Below are positions 11,814 through 22,169 of a DNA stretch of 64,000 nt, piece after piece. A program made the translations under genes and the position numbers. Each line of letters begins with the position of its first letter. The first letter of the stretch is position 1. The notes beneath the pieces were generated by a model. It ran no database searches. It worked only from the letters and a program-made list of their open reading frames with translations, and was not told where the DNA came from. This DNA comes from an uncultured Candidatus Binatia bacterium (lineage in GTDB: Bacteria; Desulfobacterota; Binatia; UBA9968; JAJDTQ01): positions 3,264,001 to 3,328,000 of the forward strand of contig OZ219754.1 in the NCBI GenBank assembly GCA_964291295.2, read 5' to 3'.

Positions 11814-12947
11814 ATGATGAAATCCGGAATGCGCTCTCTCGAAGAACTCAAACCCGAGATCCTGCGACGCGCCGGGCACACCAACCCCTTCGAGTGGGTC
11901 AAGCGGGAGGATGTGGAGGAGGTGGTCTCGTGGCTCGAATCCACCGAGGACGACCACTGGGCCGAGGTCTGGGGCCGCATGGGGCAACGCTACGAAGCAT
12001 TGGGCGAGAGACAGGAAAACGCGGGCGAGCCTTGCGGCGATGCCTTCTACCTTGCCTACGACTACTATCGGATAGGCCGCTATCCCGTGGCCTCGACTCC
12101 GGGAAAGAAGGCCTGCTACGAGGCGTCGCGGCGGAACTTCCTGAAGGCGGCCCGACACATGGACCCGCCGGTCGAACGGGTGGATATCCCCTTCGAGGGG
12201 AAGTCGGTGATCTGCTATCTGCAGATTCCGCGCGGCGCGCACCGGCCGCCGGTGGTGCTCCACTGGGGCGGCGTCGACGGCTGGAAGGAGGACCGGCGCA
12301 GACCCAGCCAGGCGTTTCACCGGCGGGGCCTTGCGACCATGACTCTCGACATGCCCGGGGTCGGCGAGAGCCCCGTCCCGGGCTCCGATCCCGAAGCCGA
12401 GCGCACCTTCTCCACAGCCCTCGACTACCTGGAGACGCGGGCCGACGTGGACGGGTCGCGCCTCGGAGTCATGGGCGCCAGCTTCGGCGGATACTGGGCG
12501 GCCAAGGTGGCACACGTGGAAGCGAAGCGGCTCAAGGGCGCGGTGGACTGGGGCGGCGGCGTCCACCTGACATTCCAGGAAGAATGGCTGCGGCCGGCGC
12601 TGACCACCCGGGCCGAACAATACCTCATGGGGCCGGCCAGCCTGCTCGACGCGCGCGGCTACATCTTCCGGACGCGGAACCTCGACGAAATCCTGGAACG
12701 GGCGCCGCGGCTCTCGCTGGTGACCCAGGGGCTCATCGACCAGCCCTGCGCGCCGCTGCTGCTGATCAACGGCAAGCGCGACGACCAGCACCCCATCGAC
12801 GACTTCCATCTGCTGGTGGAGCACGGCGACCCCAAGGATGTCTACATCTTCCCGGACGGAGGGCACATGGGGCGCGTGCCCGGCAAATCCAATGAGCCGG
12901 CGCTCGACGTGGTGGTGCGGTGGCTGCACCGAAAGCTCACGGGATGA
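11814..12947 (+). CDS. Alpha/beta hydrolase (FrsA / 2,6-dihydroxypseudooxynicotine hydrolase-like)
   Basis: GGVDGWKE, DMPGVGES, nucleophile GASFGG, DDQ, GGHMG. Confidence 0.85.
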   Translation: MMKSGMRSLEELKPEILRRAGHTNPFEWVKREDVEEVVSWLESTEDDHWAEVWGRMGQRYEALGERQENAGEPCGDAFYLAYDYYRIGRYPVASTPGKKACYEASRRNFLKAARHMDPPVERVDIPFEGKSVICYLQIPRGAHRPPVVLHWGGVDGWKEDRRRPSQAFHRRGLATMTLDMPGVGESPVPGSDPEAERTFSTALDYLETRADVDGSRLGVMGASFGGYWAAKVAHVEAKRLKGAVDWGGGVHLTFQEEWLRPALTTRAEQYLMGPASLLDARGYIFRTRNLDEILERAPRLSLVTQGLIDQPCAPLLLINGKRDDQHPIDDFHLLVEHGDPKDVYIFPDGGHMGRVPGKSNEPALDVVVRWLHRKLTG

Positions 12948-13231
12948 GTCGAAACGCGCCGGGGACGCTTGATCGAGTTCCCTCCAGTCTCCGGTGCGGC
13001 CCCGGCGACCGTGGCGCCCTTTCGCCCATCACCAGGATGACGCTGCCAGCCGATGCGGCGGGCGTCGTTTCCGGGGCCTTTCGATCTGCCGTGGCGTCAC
13101 GGCAGCCGGGGGCGGCGAAGCTCCCCGGCGCGCAGGTCCGCCACACGCCCGCCCCCGGGTGGCCCCGAGGAACAGGGACCGGCGCCCATCACGACTCAAG
13201 GAGAGGCTGGAACACGAGGATGCGCGCTTCC

Positions 13232-14275
13232 ATGAAGGCGATCACGATGCGAGAGTTCGGCGGCACGGACGTGCTGTGCATGGAGCAGCTTCCCGTACCC
13301 GCACCCGCGGCGGGCGAGGTGTTGATGGAAGTGCATTCCGTCTCGGTCAATCAGACGCTGGACATCGCGGTACGCCAGGGCAGCTACCGCACCGACCTCC
13401 GATTCCCGCTGGTACTCGGCAGCGATCCCGCGGGGCTCATCGTGGCCACGGGCGAAGGGGTGCCGCAAGCGCGCAGTGGCGAACGCATGGCCGCGGTGGC
13501 CTCCCTGCGCTGCGGCGCTTGCCGCTTCTGCCGTCGGGGCCGGGAAGACTCCTGCTCTTGCAGCCGTCATCTGGGACTGGACCTCCAGGGCGGATACGCC
13601 GAGTATGTGACCGTGCCGGCGGAGAACGTCTTTGCGATTCCGGACAACCTCTCCTTCGCCGAAGCCTCCGTCATCACGCGCCACTTTCCCACCGCCATCA
13701 ATCTGCTGCTCAACCATGCGAAGCTCGAAAAAGGCGAATGGGTGCTGATCATGGGTGCCGCGGGCGCCCTGGGCAGTTGCGGCGTGCAGATCGCCCGTCA
13801 CCAGGGCGGGCGGGTCATCGCCGCCGCCGGCACCGACTCCCGGGCCGAGGCCGCCAAGGATTACGGCGCCGATTTCACCATCAACTACCGGCGGCAGGAT
13901 CTGCAGCGGGAAGTGCTTCGGATCACGGACGGCCACGGCGTTGACGTGCTGTTCGAGAACATTGCCGACCCGACGCTGTGGCCGGGAGCCTTCAACAGCC
14001 TCGCTTTCGCCGGCCGCCTGGTGACCGCCGGCGCCCACGGCGGCGGCATCGTGCCGCTGGACGTGAAGCGGCTCTACCTCAAGCGCATTCGCATCATCGG
14101 GCAGCCCGGTGCCACCCGCAAGGATGTGGAGCTGGCCCTGTGGCTGGCCGGGCAGGGAACGGTCCGGGCGATCATCGACCGGGTGCTGCCGCTGGCGGCA
14201 GTCAGAGAGGCGCACGCGTTGCTGGAGCGGGGCGGCATCATCGGCAAGATCATCCTCGACCCCACCCTTGCCTGA
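13232..14275 (+). CDS. MDR-family (quinone oxidoreductase-like) reductase
   Basis: MKAI start; structural Zn motif CGACRFC...C; GAAGALG; catalytic-Zn GHE replaced by GSD. Confidence 0.85.
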   Translation: MKAITMREFGGTDVLCMEQLPVPAPAAGEVLMEVHSVSVNQTLDIAVRQGSYRTDLRFPLVLGSDPAGLIVATGEGVPQARSGERMAAVASLRCGACRFCRRGREDSCSCSRHLGLDLQGGYAEYVTVPAENVFAIPDNLSFAEASVITRHFPTAINLLLNHAKLEKGEWVLIMGAAGALGSCGVQIARHQGGRVIAAAGTDSRAEAAKDYGADFTINYRRQDLQREVLRITDGHGVDVLFENIADPTLWPGAFNSLAFAGRLVTAGAHGGGIVPLDVKRLYLKRIRIIGQPGATRKDVELALWLAGQGTVRAIIDRVLPLAAVREAHALLERGGIIGKIILDPTLA

Positions 14276-14369
14276 CGCGCGTACCGCCTTGCGCCATTCC
14301 GGCAGTTGGGCTACTCCTCGGACGGCACCGGACCGCATACGTCCGCACCGTTTTTGAGGGAGAGGAACC

Positions 14370-15230
14370 ATGGCACCACTCGTCACCATGCTCGGCATCA
14401 CCCACAACCCCTTCATGCCACGGCTGTTCAAGCAGGCACAGCAGCCGCCAGGAGCGGCCAGGGTGCGGGAACGAATCGCGATGATGCGGGCCACGCTGGC
14501 CCGTCACAAGCCCGACGTGCTCATTACCATCGGCAACGACCATCTGCACCAGTTCTTCATGGACAACATGCCGGCCTTCATGATTGGCAAGATGGACCGC
14601 TTTCACGGCACCTTTCATGACGAGGTGCGGGAGTTCGGTCTGCCGGAGTGCGACCTGCCCGGCGACCTGGAATTCTGCAACCGGCTGCTGGAAGGGGCGT
14701 TCGACCGAGGCGTGGACTTCGCCTGGTCCAGCGAACTCACCGTCGATCACTCCATCGTGGTCCCCATGCTGTTCGTCAGGCCGGAGATGGACATCCCCAT
14801 CGTCCCCATCCTGACCAACTGCATCGCGCCGCCGCTTCCCACCGCCCGGCGCTTCCACGAGGTGGGGCAGGCCATCCGCGCGGTCATCGACGGGCTCCCT
14901 GGCGGCAAGCGCGTGGGCGTCCTCGTCAGCGGCCACCTGTCGCTGGAAGTGGGCGGACCGAAGCAGTTCGAACGCCAACGGACCGACCCGGATTTCGACG
15001 CGCGGGCGGTGGGGTGGATCACCACCGGCGACATCGACGCGGCGGCGCGGGACTGCACCGTCGAGAAGATGATCCCGTCCGGCAACATGACGCTGGGGTT
15101 TCTCAACTTCCTCATGGCCATGGGGGTGGCCCGGGGAGCGCCTCCCGCCCACGCGGAAGGGCTCGACGCGGGATTCCCGGCGGTGCCGTTCTTCGCCTGG
15201 GAACGGGACGACGAAGGAGCGGGCCTGTGA
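14370..15230 (+). CDS. LigB-type (class III) extradiol ring-cleavage dioxygenase, large subunit
   Basis: THNP, GNDHLHQFF, TVDHS, IVPILTNC motifs. Confidence 0.8.
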   Translation: MAPLVTMLGITHNPFMPRLFKQAQQPPGAARVRERIAMMRATLARHKPDVLITIGNDHLHQFFMDNMPAFMIGKMDRFHGTFHDEVREFGLPECDLPGDLEFCNRLLEGAFDRGVDFAWSSELTVDHSIVVPMLFVRPEMDIPIVPILTNCIAPPLPTARRFHEVGQAIRAVIDGLPGGKRVGVLVSGHLSLEVGGPKQFERQRTDPDFDARAVGWITTGDIDAAARDCTVEKMIPSGNMTLGFLNFLMAMGVARGAPPAHAEGLDAGFPAVPFFAWERDDEGAGL

Positions 15231-15538
15231 GCAGGTATCTGGTGAACAAGTTCATGCACGTGGTGAACATGAACGGGGCCGCGGAAGAAGCCTACGTGGA
15301 GAATCCGCCGGGGTTCGTGGCCCGATGGGAAAAGGGCGAGCGGCTTGCGTTCACCCCGGAAGAGCGACGCGCGCTGGAGCAGCGCGACTATGGCAGCCTG
15401 TACGCCATGGGCGCACACCCTTTCCTTCTGTGGAGCTTCACCGAGGCGGTCTGGCGCAGGGAGATGGACCGGGAGGAGCTGGTGAAAGACTACAAGGCCA
15501 AGGCCATGGCGGCGGGCTACCCGGATTTCGAGACCTGA
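15227..15538 (+). CDS. LigA-like dioxygenase small subunit
   Basis: GTG start overlaps the ligB stop (GTGA); SRYLVNKF...TPEERRAL...LYAMGAHPFLL. Confidence 0.75.
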   Translation: MSRYLVNKFMHVVNMNGAAEEAYVENPPGFVARWEKGERLAFTPEERRALEQRDYGSLYAMGAHPFLLWSFTEAVWRREMDREELVKDYKAKAMAAGYPDFET

Positions 15539-15563
15539 ACGCCGCCCGAAGGCCGGCGCCCGC

Positions 15564-15821
15564 TCAACCCTTTCGTCCGAGCCAGTTGGACCACGACAGC
15601 CACGGGAACCGTTGCCGGTACCGCCGCACCAGCTCCCTGCCGCCGAGGGCGGCGCCGAGCCAGAAGATCACCTGGCCGACAAAGTAGACTCCGGCCGCCA
15701 CCAGGAGCCGGTTGTACTCCGTATCCAGAAAGGGCAGCAGCAGGATGACGGCGGTCCAGGCCCAGGAACCGACCATCAACCCCACCGCGGTCTTCTCGAA
15801 GAACGTCATGTGGTCGAGCAT
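15564..15821 (-). CDS. Small two-TM membrane protein (transporter-suffix-domain-like)
   Basis: Two hydrophobic segments; LLLPFL...GQVIFWLGAALGGRELVRRYR. Confidence 0.6.
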   Translation of the reverse strand: MLDHMTFFEKTAVGLMVGSWAWTAVILLLPFLDTEYNRLLVAAGVYFVGQVIFWLGAALGGRELVRRYRQRFPWLSWSNWLGRKG

Positions 15822-15930
15822 CGCACCGGTGCGCCGCCTCACGTGACCCGGCACCGGGCGGAGACCGCCCCCGGCTGCAAGCTGTCTTGAATCGGAACGA
15901 TGCCGCGGGTGGCGGGTGGTCGCCACCGCG

Positions 15931-18006
15931 CTAACGGTGTCTGACGATCCTGACATCCACCGCCGCCACCCCCGCACCCGCTTCCCTGACAATCAGCGGA
16001 TTGACCTCCAGATCGCTCAGGTGGGCTCGATGCGCGGCGAAAAGACCGGACAGACCGGTAATGGCCCGGACCAGCGCCTCGAAATCCCGAGGCTTCTGCC
16101 CGCGAACGCCCTCCAGGATCTGGCCGCCTTTCAGCTCCCGAAGCATGGCGCGCGCGTCCTCGGTGGTGACCGGAACGAGACGCAGCGCCACGTCCTTGAG
16201 CACCTCCACGAAGATGCCGCCCAGGCCCACCATCACGAAGGGGCCGTACTGCGCATCGACCCGGGCGCCGAGGATGATCTCGGTACCGCACACCATCTCC
16301 TGCACCCGCAGCCTGGCCCCTTCCGGCCCCCGGGCCAAAAACTCCGCGCCGGCCTGCTCGACGCGATCGGCCGAATCCAGTCCCAGCACCACGCCGCCGA
16401 CTTCGGTCTTGTGCACCACCGCCGCCGACTCAAGCTTCAGCACCACCGGGAAACCCATGGCGCCGGCCCTGGCGGCCGCCTCCGCCGGCGTGTCGACCAC
16501 CGCCTCCACCGGCGGCGTCAGGCCGCAATCAGCCAGCCGGCGCTGCCACGCGGCCCCTTCCAACTCCTCCGGCCTGCCGTCGGCCGCGGGCACCTCCGGA
16601 ATGCCCACTCGCCGCCGATGACCATAACCGCCCAGTCCATTGAGCGCCCGCAGCGTGGCCTTGATGCCCTGCAGGTGGGGAATTTCCGACGCCTCCTGGA
16701 ACACCCGGCTCTCGTCCATCAGGCTGTAGGTGGAGCGCGCGTGGGCGACGATGGGCTTGTCGATGCTCCGGGAGATCTTCCGGAGCAGTTCGGGATTGCG
16801 CTTTTCGCCGAAACGCGGCAGTTCGCCGTGAATGGCCAGCAGGTCCACGCCGTCGTCCTCGGCGTGGATGCGCACGATCTCGGCGAACGTGTTTTCGTTG
16901 CCGAAGCCGGCCACGCCGCACTCCAGCGGGTTCTCCACCACGAGGTCCTGGGGAATGAGAGGGCGCAGCTTGCGGTTGGAGGCGTCGCTCAGGGTTGCCA
17001 GCTCGATGCCCACCTCCTCGATGTGATCCAGCAGAATCCCCTTCATGCCCCCGGAGTTCACCACGATGGCCGCGCGCCCGCCCCGGGGACGCCGTCCCGG
17101 CAGGAACGCCAGCGTCATCTCGGTGAGATCCTCCAGGCTGTGGCAGCGCACCATGCCGTAACGGTCGCAGGCTGCCGAGAAGACCGCATCGTCGCCCGCC
17201 AGGGAGCCGGTGTGTGAAATGGCCTGGCGTTTCCCCAGCTCCGAGCGCCCAAGCTTCACGACGATGACGGGCTTGTCCCTCTCCAGGGCCCGAGCCGCCG
17301 TCTCCAGGAATATTTTCGGGCGCCGGATGCCTTCCGCCATGAGCACGATGATCCGGGTCTCGTCATCGTCAATCAGGAAGGACAGGTAGTCTACCAAGTC
17401 CAGGCTCACCTCATTGCCGCTGGAGATGGCGTAGCTGAAACCGATGCCGCGCTCCGCCGCGCCCTTCATCCAGTTGCCGAGGGACCCGCCGCTCTGGAAC
17501 ACCGCGGCCACCGGGCCGGGTTTGAGCAACGGCTGGCGCTGCGCGTAGGTCATCATGCCCCGGGTCACCGACGCGGCGCCCATGCAGTTGGGACCGCAAC
17601 AGACGATGCCGCTCTCCGCGCAGAACTCGGCCAGATCGCGACCGCGCTGGTGGCTTTCGGGATCGGTCCCCTCGCCGAAGCCCGCACTGTAGATGGTGGC
17701 CGCCTTGACCCCCAGCGGCGCGGCCTGCCGGAGGGTCGGGATCACCGCCCGGGTCGGCACCAGCATCAGCAGGTGCTCGGGCGCTTCCGGGAGCGCCTCC
17801 AGGCTCGGATAGCACGGCGCGTCCCACAACTCCTGATAGTTGGGATTGATCAGAAAGACGTTGCCGGAAAAGTTCGCCTGCTTGAGGCCGTGGAAGAGCA
17901 GGCTGGGCCAGTTGCCCTTCGGCGAAGCGCCGACCATGGCCAGGCTCCTGGCATGCAGCAGGTCGGCCGCCGGAAGAAGAGTGGTTCTTTCGTTGGTTTC
18001 GATCAT
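15931..18006 (-). CDS. NDP-forming acyl-CoA synthetase (acetate-CoA ligase family), probable hydroxycinnamoyl-CoA ligase
   Basis: VGAS, GPNCMG, QSGG, SSGNE, SHTGSLAG (phospho-His), C-terminal ATP-grasp HKTEVGGV and LEVNPL. Confidence 0.88.
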   Translation of the reverse strand: MIETNERTTLLPAADLLHARSLAMVGASPKGNWPSLLFHGLKQANFSGNVFLINPNYQELWDAPCYPSLEALPEAPEHLLMLVPTRAVIPTLRQAAPLGVKAATIYSAGFGEGTDPESHQRGRDLAEFCAESGIVCCGPNCMGAASVTRGMMTYAQRQPLLKPGPVAAVFQSGGSLGNWMKGAAERGIGFSYAISSGNEVSLDLVDYLSFLIDDDETRIIVLMAEGIRRPKIFLETAARALERDKPVIVVKLGRSELGKRQAISHTGSLAGDDAVFSAACDRYGMVRCHSLEDLTEMTLAFLPGRRPRGGRAAIVVNSGGMKGILLDHIEEVGIELATLSDASNRKLRPLIPQDLVVENPLECGVAGFGNENTFAEIVRIHAEDDGVDLLAIHGELPRFGEKRNPELLRKISRSIDKPIVAHARSTYSLMDESRVFQEASEIPHLQGIKATLRALNGLGGYGHRRRVGIPEVPAADGRPEELEGAAWQRRLADCGLTPPVEAVVDTPAEAAARAGAMGFPVVLKLESAAVVHKTEVGGVVLGLDSADRVEQAGAEFLARGPEGARLRVQEMVCGTEIILGARVDAQYGPFVMVGLGGIFVEVLKDVALRLVPVTTEDARAMLRELKGGQILEGVRGQKPRDFEALVRAITGLSGLFAAHRAHLSDLEVNPLIVREAGAGVAAVDVRIVRHR

Positions 18007-18017
18007 GTCTCCTCTTT

Positions 18018-18536
18018 CTAGAACAACTCGATACCCAGGAAACGGAACAGCTCACCCTCGTACCACGAGGCATGAATCACCTGGTCGAACACGCCGTACA
18101 GAAAGGCGGTGACGCAGGCGGCAAGGCCCAGGGAGAGGAGCCATCCTTCGTTCGACCCCACCTTCAGATAGAAAAAGACGAACAGCGGCAGCGCGATGAG
18201 CTGGCCCAGCAGCCATGTGCCGGCGAAGATGCCGGCGAGCCAGGCGCAGATGATGAAGGTTCGCTTGAGGGCCTGGCCGCTGCGAAGGTTCACGTCGAGA
18301 TAGAGATCCGCGGCGCCCGCGGCGTCCTCCGAGGCCTTCGCGTCCCCTCCCCGAATCCCGGTCCAGAGCGAGAGGATCACCGCCATGACGCAGCCGGCAA
18401 CGCCGATGAGCGTGGGGAACAGGGATGTCTTCGCCGGCCACTCCCGGGCTGTCACCACACCGGCGGCGAAGAGCACCGCCAAGGCGAGTATGAAAAGGCT
18501 CTCGACGTAGTGCTCGCGGATCCTTGATGGCCTCAT
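18018..18536 (-). CDS. tctB: Tripartite tricarboxylate transporter small membrane subunit TctB
   Basis: Multi-TM membrane protein with FP motif directly downstream of tctA. Confidence 0.8.
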   Translation of the reverse strand: MRPSRIREHYVESLFILALAVLFAAGVVTAREWPAKTSLFPTLIGVAGCVMAVILSLWTGIRGGDAKASEDAAGAADLYLDVNLRSGQALKRTFIICAWLAGIFAGTWLLGQLIALPLFVFFYLKVGSNEGWLLSLGLAACVTAFLYGVFDQVIHASWYEGELFRFLGIELF

Positions 18537-18579
18537 GGCATGCCTCCACGGGCTCCCGGCGGACGGCGCATGCCGCAGC

Positions 18580-20046
18580 CTACCGGCGCACCTGGGCTCG
18601 CGCCGCATAAAAGAGCGTCGCCAGGATCAGCAGGATCAGGACGACGGAGATGGGCCGCTGCCACAGCCAGACCCAGCCGTAGCGGCTGACGCTGATGTCG
18701 AGGTAGCGTTCCATGATGGGCCCCAGGACGAGCCCCAACGCGATGGGCGGCCTCGGCCAGCCCCACCGCTTCATGATGTAGCCCAACGCCCCCAGGCCCA
18801 TCAGCACGAGCCAGTCGCCGAGCTCCTGCGTGGCCATCCAGGAGCCCATGAACACCAGCACGAGAATCACCGGTATCAGCACGCTGCCGCGTATGGTGGT
18901 GATCCTGGCCAACTGGTTCGTGAAACCCATCAACAGGAGGGCGGTCAGGATGTTGGCGATGACCAGCGCCCAGATCACCGAGAAGGTGACGTCGAGTTTC
19001 GTGCTGAGAAGCTCGGGACCCGGGTAGATGCCGTGAATCAGGAAAGCGCCCAGCAGGATGGCCATGGTGGCGCTGCCGGGAATGCCGAAGGCGATGGTGG
19101 GGATCAGCGAGCCGCCCTTCATGGCGTTGTTGGCGCTCTCCGGCGCGATGACGCCGCGGATCTCGCCCTTGCCGAACTCCGCCTTGGGATCCTTGTTGGA
19201 CTGCACCGCGTGGCCGTAGGCCACCCAGTCGACGATGCTGGCTCCAAGACCGGGAATGAAACCGATGTAGGCGCCGATGAACGCGCACCGGAGCGCCAGC
19301 CACCAGTTCCGGAAGGCATCGCGAACTCCGGCCCCAAGACCCTTGCCCATCTCCGGCACTTCCGACAGCGTGCCCCTGCGCACCGCCAGCTCCACCACCT
19401 CGGGAAGCGAGAACAGTCCCAGCACACACGGCACGATGGGCAGCCCCTCCAGCAGGTAGGGCGTTCCGAACCAGAAGCGCGGGATGCCGTCCTGGGGCGA
19501 ATAGCCGATCATGGAGAGCTGCAACGCCAGCAGCCCCACGAGGATGCCCTTGGCCGGCGCATTGCCGCTCAGGGCGCCCACCATGGCCATGCCCAGGACA
19601 CCCAGGAGGAAAAATTCCGGAGCGCCGAAGGAAAGCACCAGGGGGCTCAGGATCGGAATCGAGCAGATCAGCAGGACGGCGCCCACCACGCCGCCGAAGC
19701 CCGACACCGTGTAGGCGGCACCGAACGCCCGCGCCGCTTCGCCCTTCTTCGCCAGGGGGTAGCCATCCATGATGGTGGCTTGGGAACCGGCGGTGCCGGG
19801 AACGCCAAGGAGCACCGAAGAGATGGTGTCGGAGGTGGAGGTGATGGCGTACATGCCCATGAGCAGCGCCATGGCCTCGTAGGGTTGAAGATCGAACGTG
19901 AACGGCAGCAGGATGGCCATCCCGGAGAGGCCGGAGAGGCCGGGGACCATGCCGAAGAAGACCCCCAGGATGATGCCCAGCAGCAGATAGCCGAACGCCG
20001 GCCAAGCGAGGATACCCAGAAGTCCCAGGTGGGCGGCTTCAAACAT
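18580..20046 (-). CDS. tctA: Tripartite tricarboxylate transporter permease TctA
   Basis: GMVPGL, GVPGT...DGYPLA, APESANNA, IPTIAFGIPGS. Confidence 0.93.
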   Translation of the reverse strand: MFEAAHLGLLGILAWPAFGYLLLGIILGVFFGMVPGLSGLSGMAILLPFTFDLQPYEAMALLMGMYAITSTSDTISSVLLGVPGTAGSQATIMDGYPLAKKGEAARAFGAAYTVSGFGGVVGAVLLICSIPILSPLVLSFGAPEFFLLGVLGMAMVGALSGNAPAKGILVGLLALQLSMIGYSPQDGIPRFWFGTPYLLEGLPIVPCVLGLFSLPEVVELAVRRGTLSEVPEMGKGLGAGVRDAFRNWWLALRCAFIGAYIGFIPGLGASIVDWVAYGHAVQSNKDPKAEFGKGEIRGVIAPESANNAMKGGSLIPTIAFGIPGSATMAILLGAFLIHGIYPGPELLSTKLDVTFSVIWALVIANILTALLLMGFTNQLARITTIRGSVLIPVILVLVFMGSWMATQELGDWLVLMGLGALGYIMKRWGWPRPPIALGLVLGPIMERYLDISVSRYGWVWLWQRPISVVLILLILATLFYAARAQVRR

Positions 20047-20134
20047 TGCGGTCAGGGTTGAGGCCCGTTGGAGAGAGCCCGTTGCCGGCCAGCCCGGCGG
20101 GCGGGAGACCGGCAACGGGAATTCGGCGGCGGCC

Positions 20135-21232
20135 CTACTTCATGGCCGCCTGCTTGCGCCCCTTTTCGACGTATTGGGCGCGGAACTGCTTCATCTCCTC
20201 GCCGGCCGTCTTCCACGGCGTCATGGCCTTCTCGATGTCCGCGGGCGCGGTCAGCATGTACGGCTCGATCCCCACGGACTTCTTGTACTCGGCGCGGAAC
20301 GCGGGGTCCTTGTTCATGGCGATGAAAGCCGAGCGCACGGCTTCCACCGCGGCCGCGGGAGTCTCCGGCGGGGCCAGGATCTGGCGGTAACTGGTCAGGA
20401 TCTGGAAGAGTTGCCACAGCGGTCCCGAAGGCTCCCGGCCCGAAAGCCGCTTGACGAACTGACGCGCGGTCACGCCCGGCGCGATGGCCGGAATCTCCAC
20501 GTCGCTGTGGTACCAGAGCGGCATGGCGATGCCCTTGTCCACGGCGATGGGCTTCACCCGCGGGATATAGAACGGCGTGCTGCCGTCCACGTAGTCGAGC
20601 TCCTTGCGCAGGAACGCCGCCAGCAGATCGGACGAACCCTGGTATCCGGTGACGTAGTGGTAGTTCACCCCCGCCAGGTCGAACAGGGTGCGGAACTTGA
20701 GATCCTTGCTGGAGTCGGCGCGAAATCCGCCCACGTTGAAGCTCTTGACCTTCTGAATGTCTTCCAGCTTGCCCAGCGGCGGATCGAGATCCGTCCGGGC
20801 CACCCCGACGCTGACCACGGGCGTGAACATGACCGGAAGGATCTCCTCCATGTTGGCCCGGAGACCGGCCTTCTCGGGGTCGCCCACATACCATTCCTGA
20901 TACCGGCCGCTGGCGGTCTGGCAACCCATTACGGTGCCGTTCCGCCGCGCCCGCTCGTAGAGCCAGTTCATGGCCAGGTTGCCGCCGCCGCCCGCCCGGT
21001 TCTGGATGACGATGGTGGGATTGCCCTTCAGGTGGTTCTTCAGATGACGGGCGTAGATCCGGCACTCGATGTCCGTGGGTCCGCCCGCGGAGAAGTCGAC
21101 GATGAGCTTCAATGTCTTGCCCTGGTAAAAGGGCTCGTCCGCCGCGGCCGCCGGGGCCCCCGGCAACAGCCCGAACACGAGCGCGGCAACAATGGAAAGC
21201 ACGGCCTTCTGGCTTCTGCATGTGGACTTCAT
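20135..21232 (-). CDS. tctC: TctC/Bug-like periplasmic substrate-binding protein
   Basis: Signal peptide; FYQGKT, SAGGPTD...R, NRAGGGG, GYQGS. Confidence 0.85.
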   Translation of the reverse strand: MKSTCRSQKAVLSIVAALVFGLLPGAPAAAADEPFYQGKTLKLIVDFSAGGPTDIECRIYARHLKNHLKGNPTIVIQNRAGGGGNLAMNWLYERARRNGTVMGCQTASGRYQEWYVGDPEKAGLRANMEEILPVMFTPVVSVGVARTDLDPPLGKLEDIQKVKSFNVGGFRADSSKDLKFRTLFDLAGVNYHYVTGYQGSSDLLAAFLRKELDYVDGSTPFYIPRVKPIAVDKGIAMPLWYHSDVEIPAIAPGVTARQFVKRLSGREPSGPLWQLFQILTSYRQILAPPETPAAAVEAVRSAFIAMNKDPAFRAEYKKSVGIEPYMLTAPADIEKAMTPWKTAGEEMKQFRAQYVEKGRKQAAMK

Positions 21233-21332
21233 CGCATTGCTCCTCCCTGGGTAGGTGATTGCCGTGGGGCACCGGTCCGGACCGCCCGGGACGGTGCCCC
21301 GCCACGTGACATTCCTCGGTTTCCGTATCGGG

Positions 21333-22169
21333 TCAGGAGGCCTTCCGAGCCCGGGCCATGGGGCCGAGACCGGGCTTGTAGGTCTTGTCGTCGATGAACT
21401 GCTTGATCCCCTGGTCGTAGCCGCTCTCCGCGTCCACCTGCTTGATCCACGCGCCCTTGGCCGCCAGGTAGTCCTCGGCCTGCGAATAGTCCATGCCGCG
21501 CACCAGCTTGTACGCCTGCTTGGTAGCCCGCAGCGCCCAGGGGTTCTTCTCCATCAGTTTCCGGGCCAGCTTCACCGTCTCGTCCCGGAGTTGCTCCGCC
21601 GGCACCGCGTAGTTCACCAGCCTCATCTCCGCCGCCTTCCGGCCGTCGAACGGGTCACCCGTCATGGCGTGGTAGAGACCGTCGCGCAGCGTCATCATGT
21701 CCGTCACCACCCGACTCACCAGACCCCCGGGCAGGATGCCCCAGTTGACCTCCGACAGACCGAACAGCGCGTCCTCCGCGGCAATGGCGAAATCGCACGC
21801 CACCAGCGGCGTGAAGGCGCCGCCGAAACAGAAACCGTTCACCATGGCGATGGTGGGCTTGGGAAAGGTGAAGAGCTTGCGCCAGCGCCACTCCTGGCTG
21901 CACCAGCTCGCCTGCCGCCGAAGCGCCGGATTCTTGTCGCCCTCCCGGAAATACTCCTTCAGATCCTGGCCGGCGCACCAGCTCTGGCCGGCGCCGGTGA
22001 TGACCATCACCTGGGTCTCCGGATCTCCCTCCGCCTCGGTCACCGCGTCGTACATGTCAAAGTGGAGCTGCGGGCTCATGGCGTTCCGCTTCTCCGGACG
22101 GTTGAGAATCACCCAGGTGATGCCGTCCTCCTTCTCCACCAGAACCGTCTTGTATTCTTTCGTTGCCAT
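21333..22169 (-). CDS. p-Hydroxycinnamoyl-CoA hydratase/lyase (crotonase), copy 2 (AGQDLKEYF)
   Basis: LNRPEKRNAMSP, CFGGAF, GLSEVNWG, and the KTYKPGLG C-terminus typical of HCHL. Confidence 0.9.
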   Translation of the reverse strand: MATKEYKTVLVEKEDGITWVILNRPEKRNAMSPQLHFDMYDAVTEAEGDPETQVMVITGAGQSWCAGQDLKEYFREGDKNPALRRQASWCSQEWRWRKLFTFPKPTIAMVNGFCFGGAFTPLVACDFAIAAEDALFGLSEVNWGILPGGLVSRVVTDMMTLRDGLYHAMTGDPFDGRKAAEMRLVNYAVPAEQLRDETVKLARKLMEKNPWALRATKQAYKLVRGMDYSQAEDYLAAKGAWIKQVDAESGYDQGIKQFIDDKTYKPGLGPMARARKAS

